Shown: positions 41,093 through 55,388 of the stretch, in pieces | Layout: the number at the start of each line of letters is the position of its first letter | Numbering within the stretch: the first letter of the stretch is position 1 | Source of the DNA: Octopus vulgaris | Taxonomy: Eukaryota | Length of the DNA: 64,000 nucleotides | Direction of reading: 5' to 3' | Assembly: GCA_951406725.2 (NCBI GenBank) | Contig: OX597821.1 | Span: 75,082,001-75,146,000 of the forward strand | Program-made: the position numbers and the translations under genes | The notes under the pieces: model-generated | The model's input: the letters and a program-made list of their open reading frames with translations, nothing else | Told to the model about the DNA's origin: nothing | The model's database searches: none

Positions 41093-41254
41093 ATATCCAA
41101 AGGCGACACGACCTTGTCGCTAATATAATATAAAATTCCATCCGAAAAGTAGACTCTCCAGAGATAAATATAGAGAATCCCGCTCTTGTTATTGTTTACA
41201 TACATAAACATCAGCAAAATGAACATACATACGTATCATATCTATCTATCTATT

Positions 41255-41670
41255 GGTGGAACGTTCCCATCAAAATTTCTACTAAGTTCAAACATAACAG
41301 CCTCGATATTGTTGTTTGGGACGGACAAGAAAGAGTATGAATTTGAGGTCAGCTGAGGTCATCTTCCCTGCTGATGTGAATATGTCTTTGCACACCCTCC
41401 CCAAAAAAGTTGGGGATGGGGAACTGCGGATAACTGAATAATTGAACTGCTTCGAAATTTCTAGCTTGAATATCCAGGATCGATATTTATACCAAGAATA
41501 ATTGGTGCCTTTTGTTTTGTGAGTAAAGGCCTAAGTGACAATCTCGCTAATCTGAGGTTTTCAGAAAAAAAAAAAAAAAGATTATCAAACGAATTCTCAC
41601 ATTACAGACACGATCTGTAAACGGAACAGTAAAAGTATGCAAGACATTTTTCAAGTTCAAAATGTGACTT
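41255..41670 (+). mobile_element. Decayed Dong/R4-like RLE 3' fragment
   Basis: KHNSLDIVVWD...PADVN...ELLRN...IIGAF...SVNGTVKVCKTFFKFKM*; same family as 18703-19275. Confidence 0.75.
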
Positions 41671-41832
41671 TGTGTTTGTTGTCAACATTCCAACGATAAG
41701 GATATGTATCTTTGTTACAAATAGACTCTTGCTTTGCCGGATGATATCAAGTAATTAAAAATAGAAGAGAACTTACATTTATACACGCAAGCGCATAAAT
41801 ATATTATTTTTAAGTTGTAGATTCTATTTGTC

Positions 41833-42635
41833 ATGTCGCCCGCAGACAGATTTGATAGTGAAGAGAAATAATATGAGTGATAAGAATGACTTTATAGCGG
41901 TTTTGACTGCTATTTCTAAACATGTATGTGTTTTTGAAACCCTCTGAGTTATAATTGCGACTTGTTCATAATTATAAACAGTCTTCTGCGTATTTTATGA
42001 TAACATGTTTGGCCATTGATATACTCATAAATTATTACTAATTGTTTAGAATGTAACCTCCGTAATGCATTATTACATCACTTTTTAATTATTTAATTTT
42101 CCCGACTCACAACCGGTGATTTTGCGGAGGCTTCAATTTACCGCTCTTTTCTCATAAACGCTGTACATGGCATTTGAATTCAAAACTTGAATGTATACAT
42201 AGAGGTTGACACATTTCTCTTTCCGGTCGGGATACATGTTAGCACCAAGGTAAAGTGTTGGATTGATTTCTATCTATAGGAATATAACCCTGACGAGACG
42301 AATGAGTCCCTTAATAGGTCCCTAACGTCGAAATTGCAAGAGGGAATTAAGCAGTTATTTTAACGTTGTGGATTTTATTTTTTATGTCGCCTGCAGACAG
42401 CTTTGATAGAAAAATAATATGAGTGATAAAAAATGGCTTTATAGCGGTTTTGACTGCTATTTCTAAACATGTAAGGGTTTTTGAAACCCTTTTAGTTATA
42501 ATTGTGACTTGTTCATAATTATAAACGTTTTTCTATGTATTTTATGATAACTTATTTGGCCATTGATATATGCATAAATAATCATTAATTGTTTACGATA
42601 TAACCTTCGTAATGTATTACTACATCAATTTTTAG

Positions 42636-42638
<3 letters not shown>
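41833..42638 (+). repeat. Diverged direct repeats of about 260 bp (41833-42100, 42384-42638) bracketing a type I hammerhead relic
   Basis: Both copies begin ATGTCGCC(C/T)GCAGACAG and share GCGGTTTTGACTGCTATTTCTAAACATG. Between them: CTGACGA 42290-96, stem II GACG/CGTC, GAAA 42330-33. Confidence 0.75.
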
Positions 42639-42705
<67 letters not shown>

Positions 42706-42929
42706 GTCTGCATACATGCATATCTATGTTAATAATTTTGTTCTTCTGTTAAGTTATATGTAAAGATAAGTTATCGTTAAACAGAAGGATCGTCCAATAT
42801 TTTTTAAATAGAGAACATTTCTTAAGCTTTACAAGGAAAATGGTTGACAGTGAGTTTTCTGATTGACCAATCGATGACGGTTTGTAAATCGAGACTTCGA
42901 AGTCATTGTCAAACACTTTCTTTTAAAAA

Positions 42930-42998
<69 letters not shown>

Positions 42999-43043
42999 GT
43001 ATGTCTTTCTTTCTTTCTGTCTTTCTTTCTTTCTTTCTGTCTG

Positions 43044-43082
<39 letters not shown>

Positions 43083-44037
43083 AATCGGTGACGTACTTCT
43101 CCCATAAACAGCACCCTACCGATACAGACACAGAAGCGTTACACTACATAGTTTTGTGCTACTTCTGCTTGTCTCGCCTTATTCCGTCAACCATTTGGTG
43201 TCTCCTCCATCTTGCGCGCTAACCACTCCGTTCATTTCTTTCCACCAACCCCAAAACTTTCTTCCTTTCTACTTCTCTCCTTTCACATATGTTTAATGCT
43301 GCTGATGAGTTGCAAAAATCTAAACCCGCGAACGTTGCCACATTTAGACCATCGGCCTCGCTGGCTTAAGAACAGCAGAAGCATTCGCCAACACTTAAAA
43401 CACTAAACATATCATTTCTGGTTGTTTGCTAGTCATTAAATACAGCTAAAGATTACTTTAGCTACAGATTAATTTTACGACTTCTACTGAAAAAGAGTGG
43501 AACCATTTCCAGTACGTAATATGAATTCATAATATATACGTAGATTTTCTCAGTGACTAAATCTAAAATTAAGAAAGAAAAAAGAATTCGAAGAGAGATG
43601 ACATGTTCATCAAAAATGTATTCATGTCAAATATTTTTAGATTGAATTATGTAATATGGCAAATGCTAAATAATATTTATATTAAAACCCTTCTAAACCA
43701 AAACCTGCTATGTTTAAGAAATCTGACGAGTGCAACTTTAAAAACAGACTAAAATAAAATGCAAATTTATGCATCTAAGAGATTCTTGGAACATATGTTT
43801 CATAATACATAGAGAGAATTATTGTATCGTCCGGCATCTGTTTTAAAGCAAAATATAAGCAATATCTTTTCATATACGTATAGAAACAGCATTGCTTTAC
43901 CAGCGATAGATTGTTCGTCCCAAGCAAGTAAGTAGATTTTGCATAAGATAAATACGTTAGTATTTTAGGAATAATTATTTATTCAACCACCATTTAAAAG
44001 GTTGCAAGACGCAACGTAAATTTTAGAAAAAATAAAT

Positions 44038-45073
44038 ATCATGTCATCCCATAAGTTCTGTCCGATTTACTATTTTTCTAAAAATTGAATGAAATTTATT
44101 GGTATTTTAGAATGTCTAATGGAATTAAAAATTATTTTTATGCATTTGTGCACATTTAAACTAAGGAAATATTTTACAGAGTAATAAAATTAAAATTTCT
44201 TTGATTAAAACTTATTCTAACATGGAAGTATCCAAAGAACATTTAAAGGTACATAATGCTTTATGAGTACAAAAAAAGGAAACTCTGCAGCCGAAGCGAC
44301 TCGAAACATACACTCAGTTTATGGGAAAGAATGCTTGAATGAAAGAAATTGCAGATGGTTTGCAAAATTCAGAAGTGGAAATTTTAGCCTTGAAGATGAA
44401 GATTGAACAGGACGTCCAGTTGAGTTTGATGATAACCTCCTCGAGGTATTACTTGAGGAAAATTCTGCATTATCAGTTGAAGAATTAGCAATAAAGCTTA
44501 GTTCAAACCATACAACTGCTCATCGGCATCTTCAACAACTTGGAAAGGTTCCTAAACTTGGAAAATCGGTGCCTCATGAATTGTCTGAAAGCAACCACAA
44601 ATCCCAAGTTGACATCTGCTCTTCTCTCCATTCTCGCGAAATCATTTCACCCTTTTTGGACAGTCTTTTGATTGGTGACGAAAAATGCATCTTCTATCGC
44701 AATGTTAAACGTCATAAACAGTGACTTGGTAAAAGGAAAAAAGTTCAACCACAACTGAGAAGAGGTCTTCATGGAAAAAAAGTTATTCTCTCTATCTGGT
44801 GGGATTGCAAAGGAGTAATTCACTTTGAATTGTTACCACCTAATGTAACAATCAATGCTCAAGTCTACTGTCAGCAATTAGAGCGTTTGAACCAAGCTTT
44901 GAAGAAAATAAGACCCGCTTTAGTGAATCGAAAAGGAGTGATGTTTCATCAGGGCAATGCGCAGCCCCACACTGCAAATATCACATCACAGAAGATTGAA
45001 GAGCTTGGTTGGGAACAAATTCCTCATCCAGCTTATTCTCCCGAACTTGCTCCTTCAGACTACCATTTATTTC
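44038..45073 (+). mobile_element. mariner (DD34D) transposon pseudogene, 3' truncated
   Basis: ATG at 44222, MEVSKEHL...WFAKFRSGNFSLEDE..GRP; SVPHEL; IGDEKCIFY; HQGNAQPH; HPAYSPELAPSDYHLF; stops and frameshifts. Confidence 0.9.
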
Positions 45074-45404
45074 GTATATATACATACATACACAATACAT
45101 ACATGCATATATACATATGTATATGTATTTAAGGCACACAGTTCAGCCATCTCACCACAGTTGTAACTTGTAAAACATAACAATCACCACTACTACACGA
45201 ACTTGAAGATTGCATAGTTTAATGCATGTAAGTAATAGTTCAATCAGAATGGATATTTAATATCCTTTCATTTCATTATCTTATCTTACCTTTTATTATA
45301 TTATTATGAAATTGCAAATACGACATGAAAATCAAAGTTGGAATTTCTTTGAGTAATACACACACACACACACACACACACATATGTATGAATATATACA
45401 TATA

Positions 45405-45600
45405 TACGGGAGGGTGCTGAAAAATTCCTGGCTTAAAGGGTGTCGTGAAAGGCATGTTTGGAGGCCCAGATTTCCGAGTTCTTTTACAGCTGCAATAAGT
45501 GTGTGAATCTGAGAGGCGAATATGTTGGATAAATTCATAACTGGTCCTCTTGTATTTTCTTGTACCCAAAACGAGGAACTATTCAGCACCCACTGCTGTA
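45405..45600. mobile_element. Tc1/mariner-type MITE
   Basis: Left end TACGGGAGGGTGCTGAAAAATTCCTGG and right end GAGGAACTATTCAGCACCCACTGCTGTA are imperfect inverted termini with TA flanks. Confidence 0.65.
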
Positions 45601-45639
45601 TATATATATATTCAAAAAATTCGACCTAATCCACTTCGG

Positions 45640-46392
45640 TAAAATGACTGCATTTCAACGATCTACACACATCCCTCGGGCAAAACCCTTGTAGCATCCA
45701 GCACTGCTAGTAGAGACCTGGTTGTTACTATTGACAAGAAAGTAAGCTGGAGTGGTCACATAAATAGCAAAGTTAACATGGCCCGCAGGGCGTGCTCCTG
45801 AACCCTCAGGACGTTCTGGTCTAGAGACGCTCCTACCACTAACCTACTATTTTCCACTTTTGCTCGCCCTCAACTTGAATACTGATGTCCGTTGTGGTCT
45901 CCCCACACGATACCGAATATTATGAAAATTGAAGCTCCCCAGAGATCAATCACAAAAACAACTATTGGGGTCGACTCAAAAAGCTCAAGCTTTACTTCTC
46001 CAACGCCGCCACATCTGTATGATGTGGAAAATATTCCATCAACATTGTCCAAATGATATAGGTGTCAACTTTAAAATTCATCCGAAGCTTGGTCCCCGTG
46101 CAATACGTCCATTACAGAAATCATGTTCGTGCCGTATCACAATACTACGACAGAACTATTTCACTTCAACTGGCCCGCCTCTCTTCAGCATCGTGCCAGC
46201 CCACATAAAGGAGGAAAGTGATTTCACGGCATTCAAACGGTACCTAGATGATTACCTCCAGACAAACCACTCCACACAGATATGTCTCTGCTCGAATGGG
46301 CTATGATGCCCAAGAGTTGACTGTGTATCTCTTCCAGGTGGTGCTATTAAATTAGACATGGCCTGGGCCAACTTCGGAAGAAACTTATCTAA
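45640..46392 (+). mobile_element. CR1-like LINE 3' fragment
   Basis: RDLVVTIDKKVSWSGHINSKVNMARR...RTFWSRD...FARPQLEY*CPLWSPH...NYFTSTGPPLFSIVPAHIKEE...FKRYLDDYL. Confidence 0.85.
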
Positions 46393-46397
46393 GAATC

Positions 46398-47670
46398 TAA
46401 TAGTTTGTTTCGAAAATAATGACCGATTTCAGATACATAATTTTATTCTAGAAAATTAACAATAGAAATGTTTTGAATAGTCAAAGTATGAGTCGTGGAG
46501 ATCTTTGAATCTCTGTTATTAAAGAACGAGATTATTGATGCATCGTTGATAAAATCTTATTGGCTTTGACGCTAAGAAATCTTTGAAAGCTGATTCCAAC
46601 TCTGGTTTGGACATGAAAGTTTTATCACTTAAAAACGTGTTTAAATGCTTTAGAAAATGGTAGTCAGTGGGTGAAAGATCAGGAGAATATGGAGGACGTG
46701 GTAAAGTCTCGTATCCCAAGTGTGTGAGTTTCTGCAGCATCATTCTTGCAACGTATGGCTTTGCATTATCGTAGAGCAGAATTGGGCCACGCCGATTCAC
46801 CAATGCAGGTCTAATTTTTTGCAAGTGAGCATGTATTTGTGTGAGTTGATTGCAGTAAACCTGTGCTGTGATGCTCTGATTGGTTTCCAGAAAGCTGTAA
46901 TGGACAACACCAATTGCAGGCCACCAGACAGTCACCATAATCTTTTGCTGATGCAACTGTGGCTTTCGGAAATGTTTGGGGGACTCATCACGATCAAGCC
47001 ATTGGGCTGATCATTTACGGTTATCACAAAGGATCCACTTTTCGTCATAATTGACTATTCAGTCAAGAAAAGGATCATCTGTGTTTCGCAGAAAGAGCAT
47101 CGAGCACACTTCAAAACGCCGAAATTTTGATTTTCATTGAGCTCATTCGCTACCCATTTATCGAGATTTTTCACCTTACCAATTTTATGAAGATTGCGTA
47201 AGACCGTTGCAATACCAACAAGTTCCTAAGACATTTCTCTGACACTTTGACGTAGGTTTTCCTTTCAGTTATTAATTGTCAAGACTGCTTGACCGTCCTC
47301 TACCTTCTTCATCTTCAAAGCTCTCATCACCACTAAGGAATTTATGAAACCACCTTCGTATTATGGAATCACTTATGGACTACTCATGCCATGCTCTGTT
47401 GATATTGGCAGAAGTTTGGGAGGCATTGTGCCCAAGCTTGAACTCATGCAAAAAAAGTAAGCAAAGAACTTTTTTGTGATGTTCATAATTAAGGGCGCCT
47501 ATGCTTCAAGACTGTTTTCTGTCTGAAATGAAATGAGTAGAGAATTATTAAAGAGCATACATCAATTATTAAGAATGTCGAAATTCACCTAAAATATAAT
47601 TAAAATTCTATAAAATTGCGTTTCAAAACACAACACTTAGAGTGGCCATTATTTTCGGAACAACCTTATA
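46398..47670 (-). mobile_element. Full-length (about 1.27 kb) mariner, Hsmar1/cecropia-like, pseudogenised
   Basis: TIRs at 46398-46428 and 47641-47670 (GTTGTTCCGAAAATAATGGCC). Transposase motifs HEFKLGHNAS...WFHKF..GDESFEDEEGRGR, KIMVTVWW, LLYDNAKPY, PPYSPDLSPTDYHF. Confidence 0.92.
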
Positions 47671-49156
47671 ACTAAGTATGTGTGTGTGTTTGGCTTTGTG
47701 TGTGTATTTGTGTATGTGTGTATGTGTGTATGCAAATGGACATTTCACGATCTCATATATGTAGATCTAAAGGCGTGAAGGCAATAATTATGTTAAGCGA
47801 GCCAAATGTATCACGTTATACATTAATCGCGGGATTATTGGCGTAAGAATAGCAGCTGATAGTTTCCATACATTTAGAATCATACGTTGAATCGCTGAAA
47901 GGTAGTGAATGCCTTATGAATTCAATCCGTTCGAACTAACGCAAGAAATTAAAATAGATGTGAAAGTACAGGAAAAGTTTGAAATGCTATCGTGATGGAT
48001 ATTCGTGGTTTGTGCTTAGTGTTTTGTTAGATGTGAATCTAAAGGGTAAAAGGTAAGTGTTAATTAGCACAATACGGAAAATAGTATTTAAATATCAAAA
48101 TAAAAAGACATAATCATGTTAGTATTTATTTGAGAAAATTTCATCCGAGATAATATTTGTTTATGAAAATAACCACGCAAGAAATCTGAACTACCATACG
48201 GATATTTGTATTAATATAGATAACATTTAATAGGTATATAGACAAGTCTGTATATTTAATCTCAGCTCAATTAGACTGTAACATGATATTATAAACAATA
48301 AAAAAGATCAATAAAACTATTTGATCTTTAGTATTATCTTGACGATATACAATATTGTATCCAGTGTACAATTAAAACCAGACTATACAAAATACAAGGT
48401 GATAATCGTATTATTATATTAAAATAAATTATAATACAATACAGTTCAAAATAATTATATAGAAGGTGTTATTTGATTGAATTATTATTATTTTAGATTT
48501 ATCCTCCTCCGTTCCAAATTCAAAATATATTTAATATGTTATATTATTTTGGTGTTATCTTACATGAAAAGGAGGGACAGTGCCCATGAATATTTTACGT
48601 GTAAGATAGGAGGTGGGGGCAGGTTAAACTTAGAATGATGACTGGCCACGACGCTTGTAAAAGAGAAGGCTCAGCCAAATCCCCTCAAATGGCAGGTGTT
48701 TTAAAATGGGCGAAGGATGAAGTCTGCCGACAAACAACGACAGGTTTCTGACAACGTGCTTTTTGAAAGTTTCCGTCTATAACAATATTTGTATATTAAA
48801 TTATATGTATACATCCGTAGATACAGGAGCTTTCTGACCAAATATCATCTGATACAAGAAAATTTGGGATATTACACGTACACTCTGATAAATCGGGAAA
48901 TCTTTACCATTTATACACAGACACACACACATACACATATATGCATGTGTGCGTATGTGCGTGTGTGTGTATTTGAATATATAGTAAAACCGTAAAGCAG
49001 TTTGTCAGGAAATTCCCTCCCACATTTCTGCGGACATTTATGGTATAGAATGAATGTCATCGCGCTGTTATTTAATCCAAAGTTTGTCATTCTAACACTT
49101 AGAAATATTTCACTTCTGATTTACGTTCATTGTGCCGAAAATAGATTCTCTCTCTT

Positions 49157-49537
49157 TAACTCTTTTACTCTTTCACCTGTTTCAGTCATTTTGACTGCGG
49201 CCATGCTGGATCACCGCCTTTAGTCGAGCAAATCGACCCCAGGACTTATTCTTTGTAAGCCTAGTACTTATTCTATCGGTCTCTTTTGCCGAATCGCTAA
49301 GTTACGGAGACGTAAACACACCACCATCGGTTGTCAAGCGATGTTGGGGACGCACACACACACACACACACACGCACACACACACATACATACACATATA
49401 TATACGACAGGCTTCTTTCAGTTTCCGTCTACCAAATCCACTCACAAGGCTTTGGTCGGCCCGTAGAAGACTCTTTCCCAAGGTGCCACGCAGTGGGACT
49501 GAACCCGAAACCATGTGGTTGGTAAGCAAGCTACTTT
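49157..49537 (-). mobile_element. Family A SINE
   Basis: Matches 4367-4765. Confidence 0.9.
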
Positions 49538-51445
49538 ATTATATTTTATTTGCCATGAAGGCAGTATACAGAGTAGCTGCGGGCTGGACAAACACATTAA
49601 TTAATGAAAATGAAATAAAATGAAGAAATGAGAGACGAAACCCAACACTCGCCGATTGGATTTTTCTCGAAAATATATTTTCTTTTCTTAAAAATCAATG
49701 TGAAGTTTCAAACCTCTTACAAGAAGGAGGCACTAAAACCTCTTGCTTAACATGTTTTTTTTTTAAGAAACACCCAATTGAGGTTATAAACCACTACAAA
49801 TAATGCAATAATATGAGGTTTCAAACCCTCTAACGAGGCTTCTTCACCTCCTGCTCATCGATATATCCATCAATATATCCATCATTATCTTCAATGCCGC
49901 TTGAGTTCCTGTACCCCGCCATTTCCCATGCCTCATTCATGTACGAGGCATATGACGTGTTAGGGCCACCCGGCCATATGCGACATTCCTCTTTAAATCT
50001 TTTAAGCTTTTCATACATGGAAAACTTTATGACCTCCACAGCTATGTGCGGAGGGCATTCGGGACCCGTGTGAAGGCCATATCTACTGTCTCTTTATGTT
50101 CTTCTACTATTTTTCCACCTTCCCACCCTTGTAGAAAAAGATGAGTAATTCTTCATCTTTAAGGTGGCACAACTTCTGGACGTGCAGACGGCACATCATC
50201 GTCCACCTGCAATGACCCGTTCTTCTTCTTTCTTATTTTATTTTCTTCCTGACTTCGGGAGAGTGGAGCTCTTCCGCTTTGTCCGGAGTCTCTCCCCCAC
50301 CTTCCGAAGCCTGAGGGTCCTTCGGCGGGCAATCATTGTGCCCGCTTTCTTCATTTTAAATCCTTTTTGGGTTAAGGAGACTAAGCCTCCTCAACCACAC
50401 CCACCTCTCCCTATGACCGGGTAGGGGAGGTGGTATCCAGTGACTGTTTTAGGACCTTACCATGGTCCTGGGGCAGTTCTTTTTAATGTGGCCTGGCTGC
50501 AGGCACGAGTGAGACTTATGGGGACGTCCCTCAAGTATCACCGGATACCTGCAACCAGCCATTTAAAAAAATCTGGAAAAACCAGATCTGTTGCGGCTGA
50601 TGGTGTCCACAGGGTCAAAATCGCCTTTGACCCTTCACAATCGACCGCCGGTGATACCCTTACATTTAAGAGCCTGGGCCCGCTATCCCCCATTCCCCAT
50701 GGTTAACAGGGCACAGTAAAGGAATTCTAACAATGCTCATTATCCATCTACCAACCAGTAAACAATTCAAGGCTAAGTAGTTACTTCAGGATATTAAACA
50801 TGCTGTAATTCCAAATTTAAGTAACATGCTGCTACACATTTTTGCAGAATAATGTATAATAATAAATGTATACGAATGGAGTGAATCTTTTAATTGTGTT
50901 TGGCGCATTTCCATAGAATTGTTGTTTATTTATACATTACTATATTTCAACGTAGAACAAAATAACCAGACTATTTCGTCAGACGTTTTTGTCGAATCGA
51001 AACACATTGATCTTCGACAATTAATTTGAAAATTCAAGTAAAATATTTAGAAAAAATGTGGCATTGTCAGACACAGCAACTGAGGGAACGGATTAGTTTA
51101 ATATCCAGTCAGTCTACGCCCACATTGGCTAAGATATATCACAGGAGGGGAAGGCATTCACATAAAGATTAATAAAAGGTGTTCATTTTAATATTTAGCC
51201 AGAGGTGCAATGCAATGGGACTGAACCCGCAACCATGTTGTTAGGAAGCAAACTTCTTATCACATATCCACACTACTGTGGGGAGCAGAATTTAATATCT
51301 GTAATAGATGTTATTCACATTTAAGTATAACCTGTTTATTGATTTTTGTCAGCTCACAGCGTTTTGTATGCGATATTCCGTCGTTTTATATATATGCGTA
51401 TGCACACACACCTTCACAGACCCATTATATTGTGTGTTTTTATAC

Positions 51446-51467
51446 ATATCTATCTATCAATCTATCC

Positions 51468-51565
<98 letters not shown>

Positions 51566-51641
51566 ATATATATATCTATCTATCTATCTATCTATCTGTC
51601 TATCTATCTATCTATCTACATAACTATCTATCTAGCTATTA

Positions 51642-51708
<67 letters not shown>

Positions 51709-51762
51709 CATCCATCAATTCCATCCATCCATCCATCCATCCATCTATCTAGCTAGCTATCT
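51446..51762 (+). repeat. (TATC)n/(CATC)n microsatellite
   Basis: Seen directly. Confidence 0.95.
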
Positions 51763-51835
51763 ACCAGTTCACTCGCCTATTTTTCTGCCTGTCTGTTTAT
51801 CTCTCTTTCTTTCTCTCTTCATATATATACAGTAT

Positions 51836-51903
<68 letters not shown>

Positions 51904-52320
51904 TGTGTGTGTGAGTGCGTGTGTGTGTGAATGACCGAACCTTTCTTTCAACTACGTTTGCCCTCACCCACTTCAATCACTATCTTCTTACTGATTATTA
52001 TTTTATCCCCAGGGAGTAATTTGAGTGAATGAAAGCAATGCAACAAATTAACTTTCACTCACTACGTTCTTAGCTCTATCTAAATATTTAACTGGCGTGT
52101 TTTAGACGCTCTGATCCGGATGGAATTTAATCGCACATTTGCTCACCAAACAACAGATATTTGGTTTGAATTTCCTTTACAGTATCGTCTGAGCCTCTCA
52201 ATCAGAGGGCCATGACTCAACAAAATGGCTCAAACTGCTCTCTCAAGACATAACTGTCTTCAGGAAAAGTAGATGTTTAGCCGTTAATATCTTCTAAGAT
52301 ACAATATGTCTCAAGATTGA

Positions 52321-52600
52321 AGCGCAATGGCCCAGTGGTTAGGGCAGCGGACTCGCGGTTATAGGATCGCGGTTTCGATTCCCAGGCCGGGCGTTGTGAG
52401 TGTTTATTGAGCGAAAACACCTAAAAGCTCCACGAGGCTCCGGCAGGGGATGGTAGTGATTCCTGCTGTACTCTTTCACCACAACTTTCTCTCACTCTTT
52501 CTTCCTGTTTCTGTTGTACCTGTATTTCAAGGGTCCGGCCTTGTCACTCTCTGTGTCACGCTGAATATCCCCGAGAACTACGTTAAGGGTGCACGTGTCT
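52321..52600 (+). mobile_element. tRNA(Arg)-like SINE, family E
   Basis: GCGCAATGGCCCAGTGGTTAGGGCAGCGGACTCGCGG...GGTTTCGATTCCC (A and B boxes), then GTGTTTATTGAGCGAAAACACCTAAAAGCTCC. Confidence 0.75.
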
Positions 52601-53105
52601 GTAATTGGTAGAGTGTATTTGGTTGTAGTCCAGATTGATCAAAAGAATCCCAGGGCTAAATTCCAACAATAACACCAAAAAAAGAGAACCTATCCGTAAT
52701 TGCTCGACCTACGAGAAACAACAGCCAAATCCTTTTTAAAGCAGGAAAAAATAATTGTTAAATAAATTCTCGATATAATGTGTTGTAAAAAACCTATTGG
52801 ACACAGTCCTGGGTAGCAAAAGTTTGATTCTAAGTCAGCTGGTTCTGGGATGTCGCGAGGAACAAGAAACAACAAAAGCGGCGACTATGGCGACAACACT
52901 CTAACAAAATATATTAAAATTGTATTGTTAATCCATTCTTTTACTACAAAGAGCTATTTCACTGACACAGACGACAATATCAGCAGATCCATATATCTGT
53001 ATTGGAATCTCTCTAGAAATGGTTTTAGAAAGATAATTTGAGTCCAATTGCGAAACATTTACTATAGTAAAAAAAATAAAACAACAATAATTCCAATTTA
53101 TATGA

Positions 53106-53160
<55 letters not shown>

Positions 53161-53313
53161 GTGTATATATATGTGTATATTTGCATATATACATACACTC
53201 ATTTGTGTAAATTTGCATGGACATTCATGCTTGTATAATATATATATATATATACACTGTATATGTGTGTATACAATATATATAGATGCATATATGAATG
53301 TGTGTATATATAA

Positions 53314-53350
<37 letters not shown>

Positions 53351-55099
53351 TATATGTGTGTGTGTGTGTTTGTCTAAAGAGAAAGAGACAGAAAGAAGAG
53401 AGCGAGAGAAAAGGAGAGCCAAAATTGACAATAGCTGTTATTTTAATTGTTTTTCTTCTTCTTCACTGTTTATCTCCAGTATTTCTTTTCTTCTTCTTTT
53501 TCTTTATATTTGGTATTGTTCTTTTATTTTGTTTAATTTTTTATTTTTTCCAAAACAATATATATTGGCTTTTCTGCTTTCTTCATTTCCTTTTCGATTT
53601 TCTTTCGAGCAATTAGTTTCCAAAGACTATTAACTCATCTGATGTTTAAAATATGATAGTTGTCCAAAACTCCACAATTGTATAAGTGAAAATGAAAAGA
53701 AAAATGAAAAAAAAAAGGAAAGGAAAGAAAAGAAATAGTATACACAGAATAAGACATAAAATGAAGGAACATAAATTAAAAAGAAACAAATATTAAAAAA
53801 AAAAAGCAAATAAAATTACTTGCTGGAACAAGAACTGCAAACTCACACATACATATATACGTTCTTAGTCATCACAAACTAATATGACATACATACACAT
53901 AACTACAAACGCAAACATACACACATTGTACAAGAGAATGAAACAAAGCAAATATATGATATAAATATAACAAAATAGCAAAAAATATAAAATAAAGGAA
54001 AAGAAGATCTGAACATCACAAATACTGTAGAACTGTGAAAACAATGGAAGGATGAATGAACTCAGCTCTGAGCTACTGCTAACACATGTATGTGTGTGTT
54101 CGTGTATGTGGGTGTGTGTGTGTGTGTGTGTTGTGTGTGTGTGTGAATGTAAGTCGCTCTGACAGAATGGAGATATAGACGGATAAGCATTACAGTACAA
54201 TTACGAGGGTAGGGTGCGCAGAGGGGCGAGAGCGCAAAATTGATTGTGCAGTTCGTAGGGTCATATTTAATATAAACTTAGTTGGAAAATTGGAGAAAGG
54301 AAACCCCCCATCCACCATACCACCGCCCCTTCAAAAAACAACAGCAACAACAACGAAATCAGTTGTGATAAAGCTTTTTCTGGAGAGTATAAGTAGATAC
54401 GTAGGAGTAAAAGAGATGTTACTGTTCGTCTTGTCCTTGTTATCTGTGTCTGGTGGTGGCGATGGAGGTGGAAGTAGTTGGGTAGTGAGGCTAATTTTGT
54501 CAATAGAGTATGAGAAAAGCAAATTAACTATATTTACCTCAACGTTGTGGAAATAAAATTAATTTAGAACTTTGAATTTCCCCAGCATCGGCTCACCCAC
54601 ACATCGAAACCTCACACACCGCACTCACACTACATAACAGATTCGGTTATTGAAATAGCTATAGGCTGTCAGTAATTACTTTTCTTTCCTTTTCTCTCTT
54701 TCTATATATTTTATTTGTTTATTTCTATATTTATTTTATCCTCTTAAATTTCACTGCACCGTTCTGGCCATTTCTACAATTGCAACTCTGGCGATTGCCA
54801 CCATCATCGCATTCTATCGAACACCATTCACAAACTCCTCCTCCCCTTCGTCGTCATCGTCCTCGTTATCGTCGTCAGCACCACCACCACCAGCACCACC
54901 ACCGTCGCCGCCGCCACCACCGCCACCACTACCACCTCCACAGTCATCGTTGTCATCATCATCATCATCATCATCATCATCAATACTACTGATTGCAAAC
55001 ATTGTTTACATTGAAGCCTTCTTCTTCTTCTTCCTCTTCTTCCTTTTCTTCCTCTTCTTGTAATTCTTATTCTTCTACTACCGCTATCACCAATATCAC

Positions 55100-55270
55100 C
55101 GCCTCCACCACCGCCGCCGCCGCCGCCGCCAACGCCGCCGCCGCCGCCAACGCCGCCGCCGCCAACGCCGCCGCCGCCAACGCCGCCGCCGCCAACGCCG
55201 CCGCCGCAAACGCCGCCGCCGCCAACGCCGCCGCCGCCAACGCCGCCGCCGCCAACGCCGCCGCCGCCAA

Positions 55271-55303
<33 letters not shown>

Positions 55304-55323
55304 TGCTGCTGCTGCTGCTGCTG

Positions 55324-55387
<64 letters not shown>

Positions 55388-55388
55388 A
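55100..55388 (+). repeat. 15-bp (AACGCCGCCGCCGCC)n minisatellite grading into (GCT)n and (ACT)n
   Basis: Seen directly. Confidence 0.9.

Noticed and set aside
43295-43405. CTGATGA-GTTG with downstream CAGCA and CAAC complements
   Set aside because: No NUH before the stem I partner and no properly placed GAAA.
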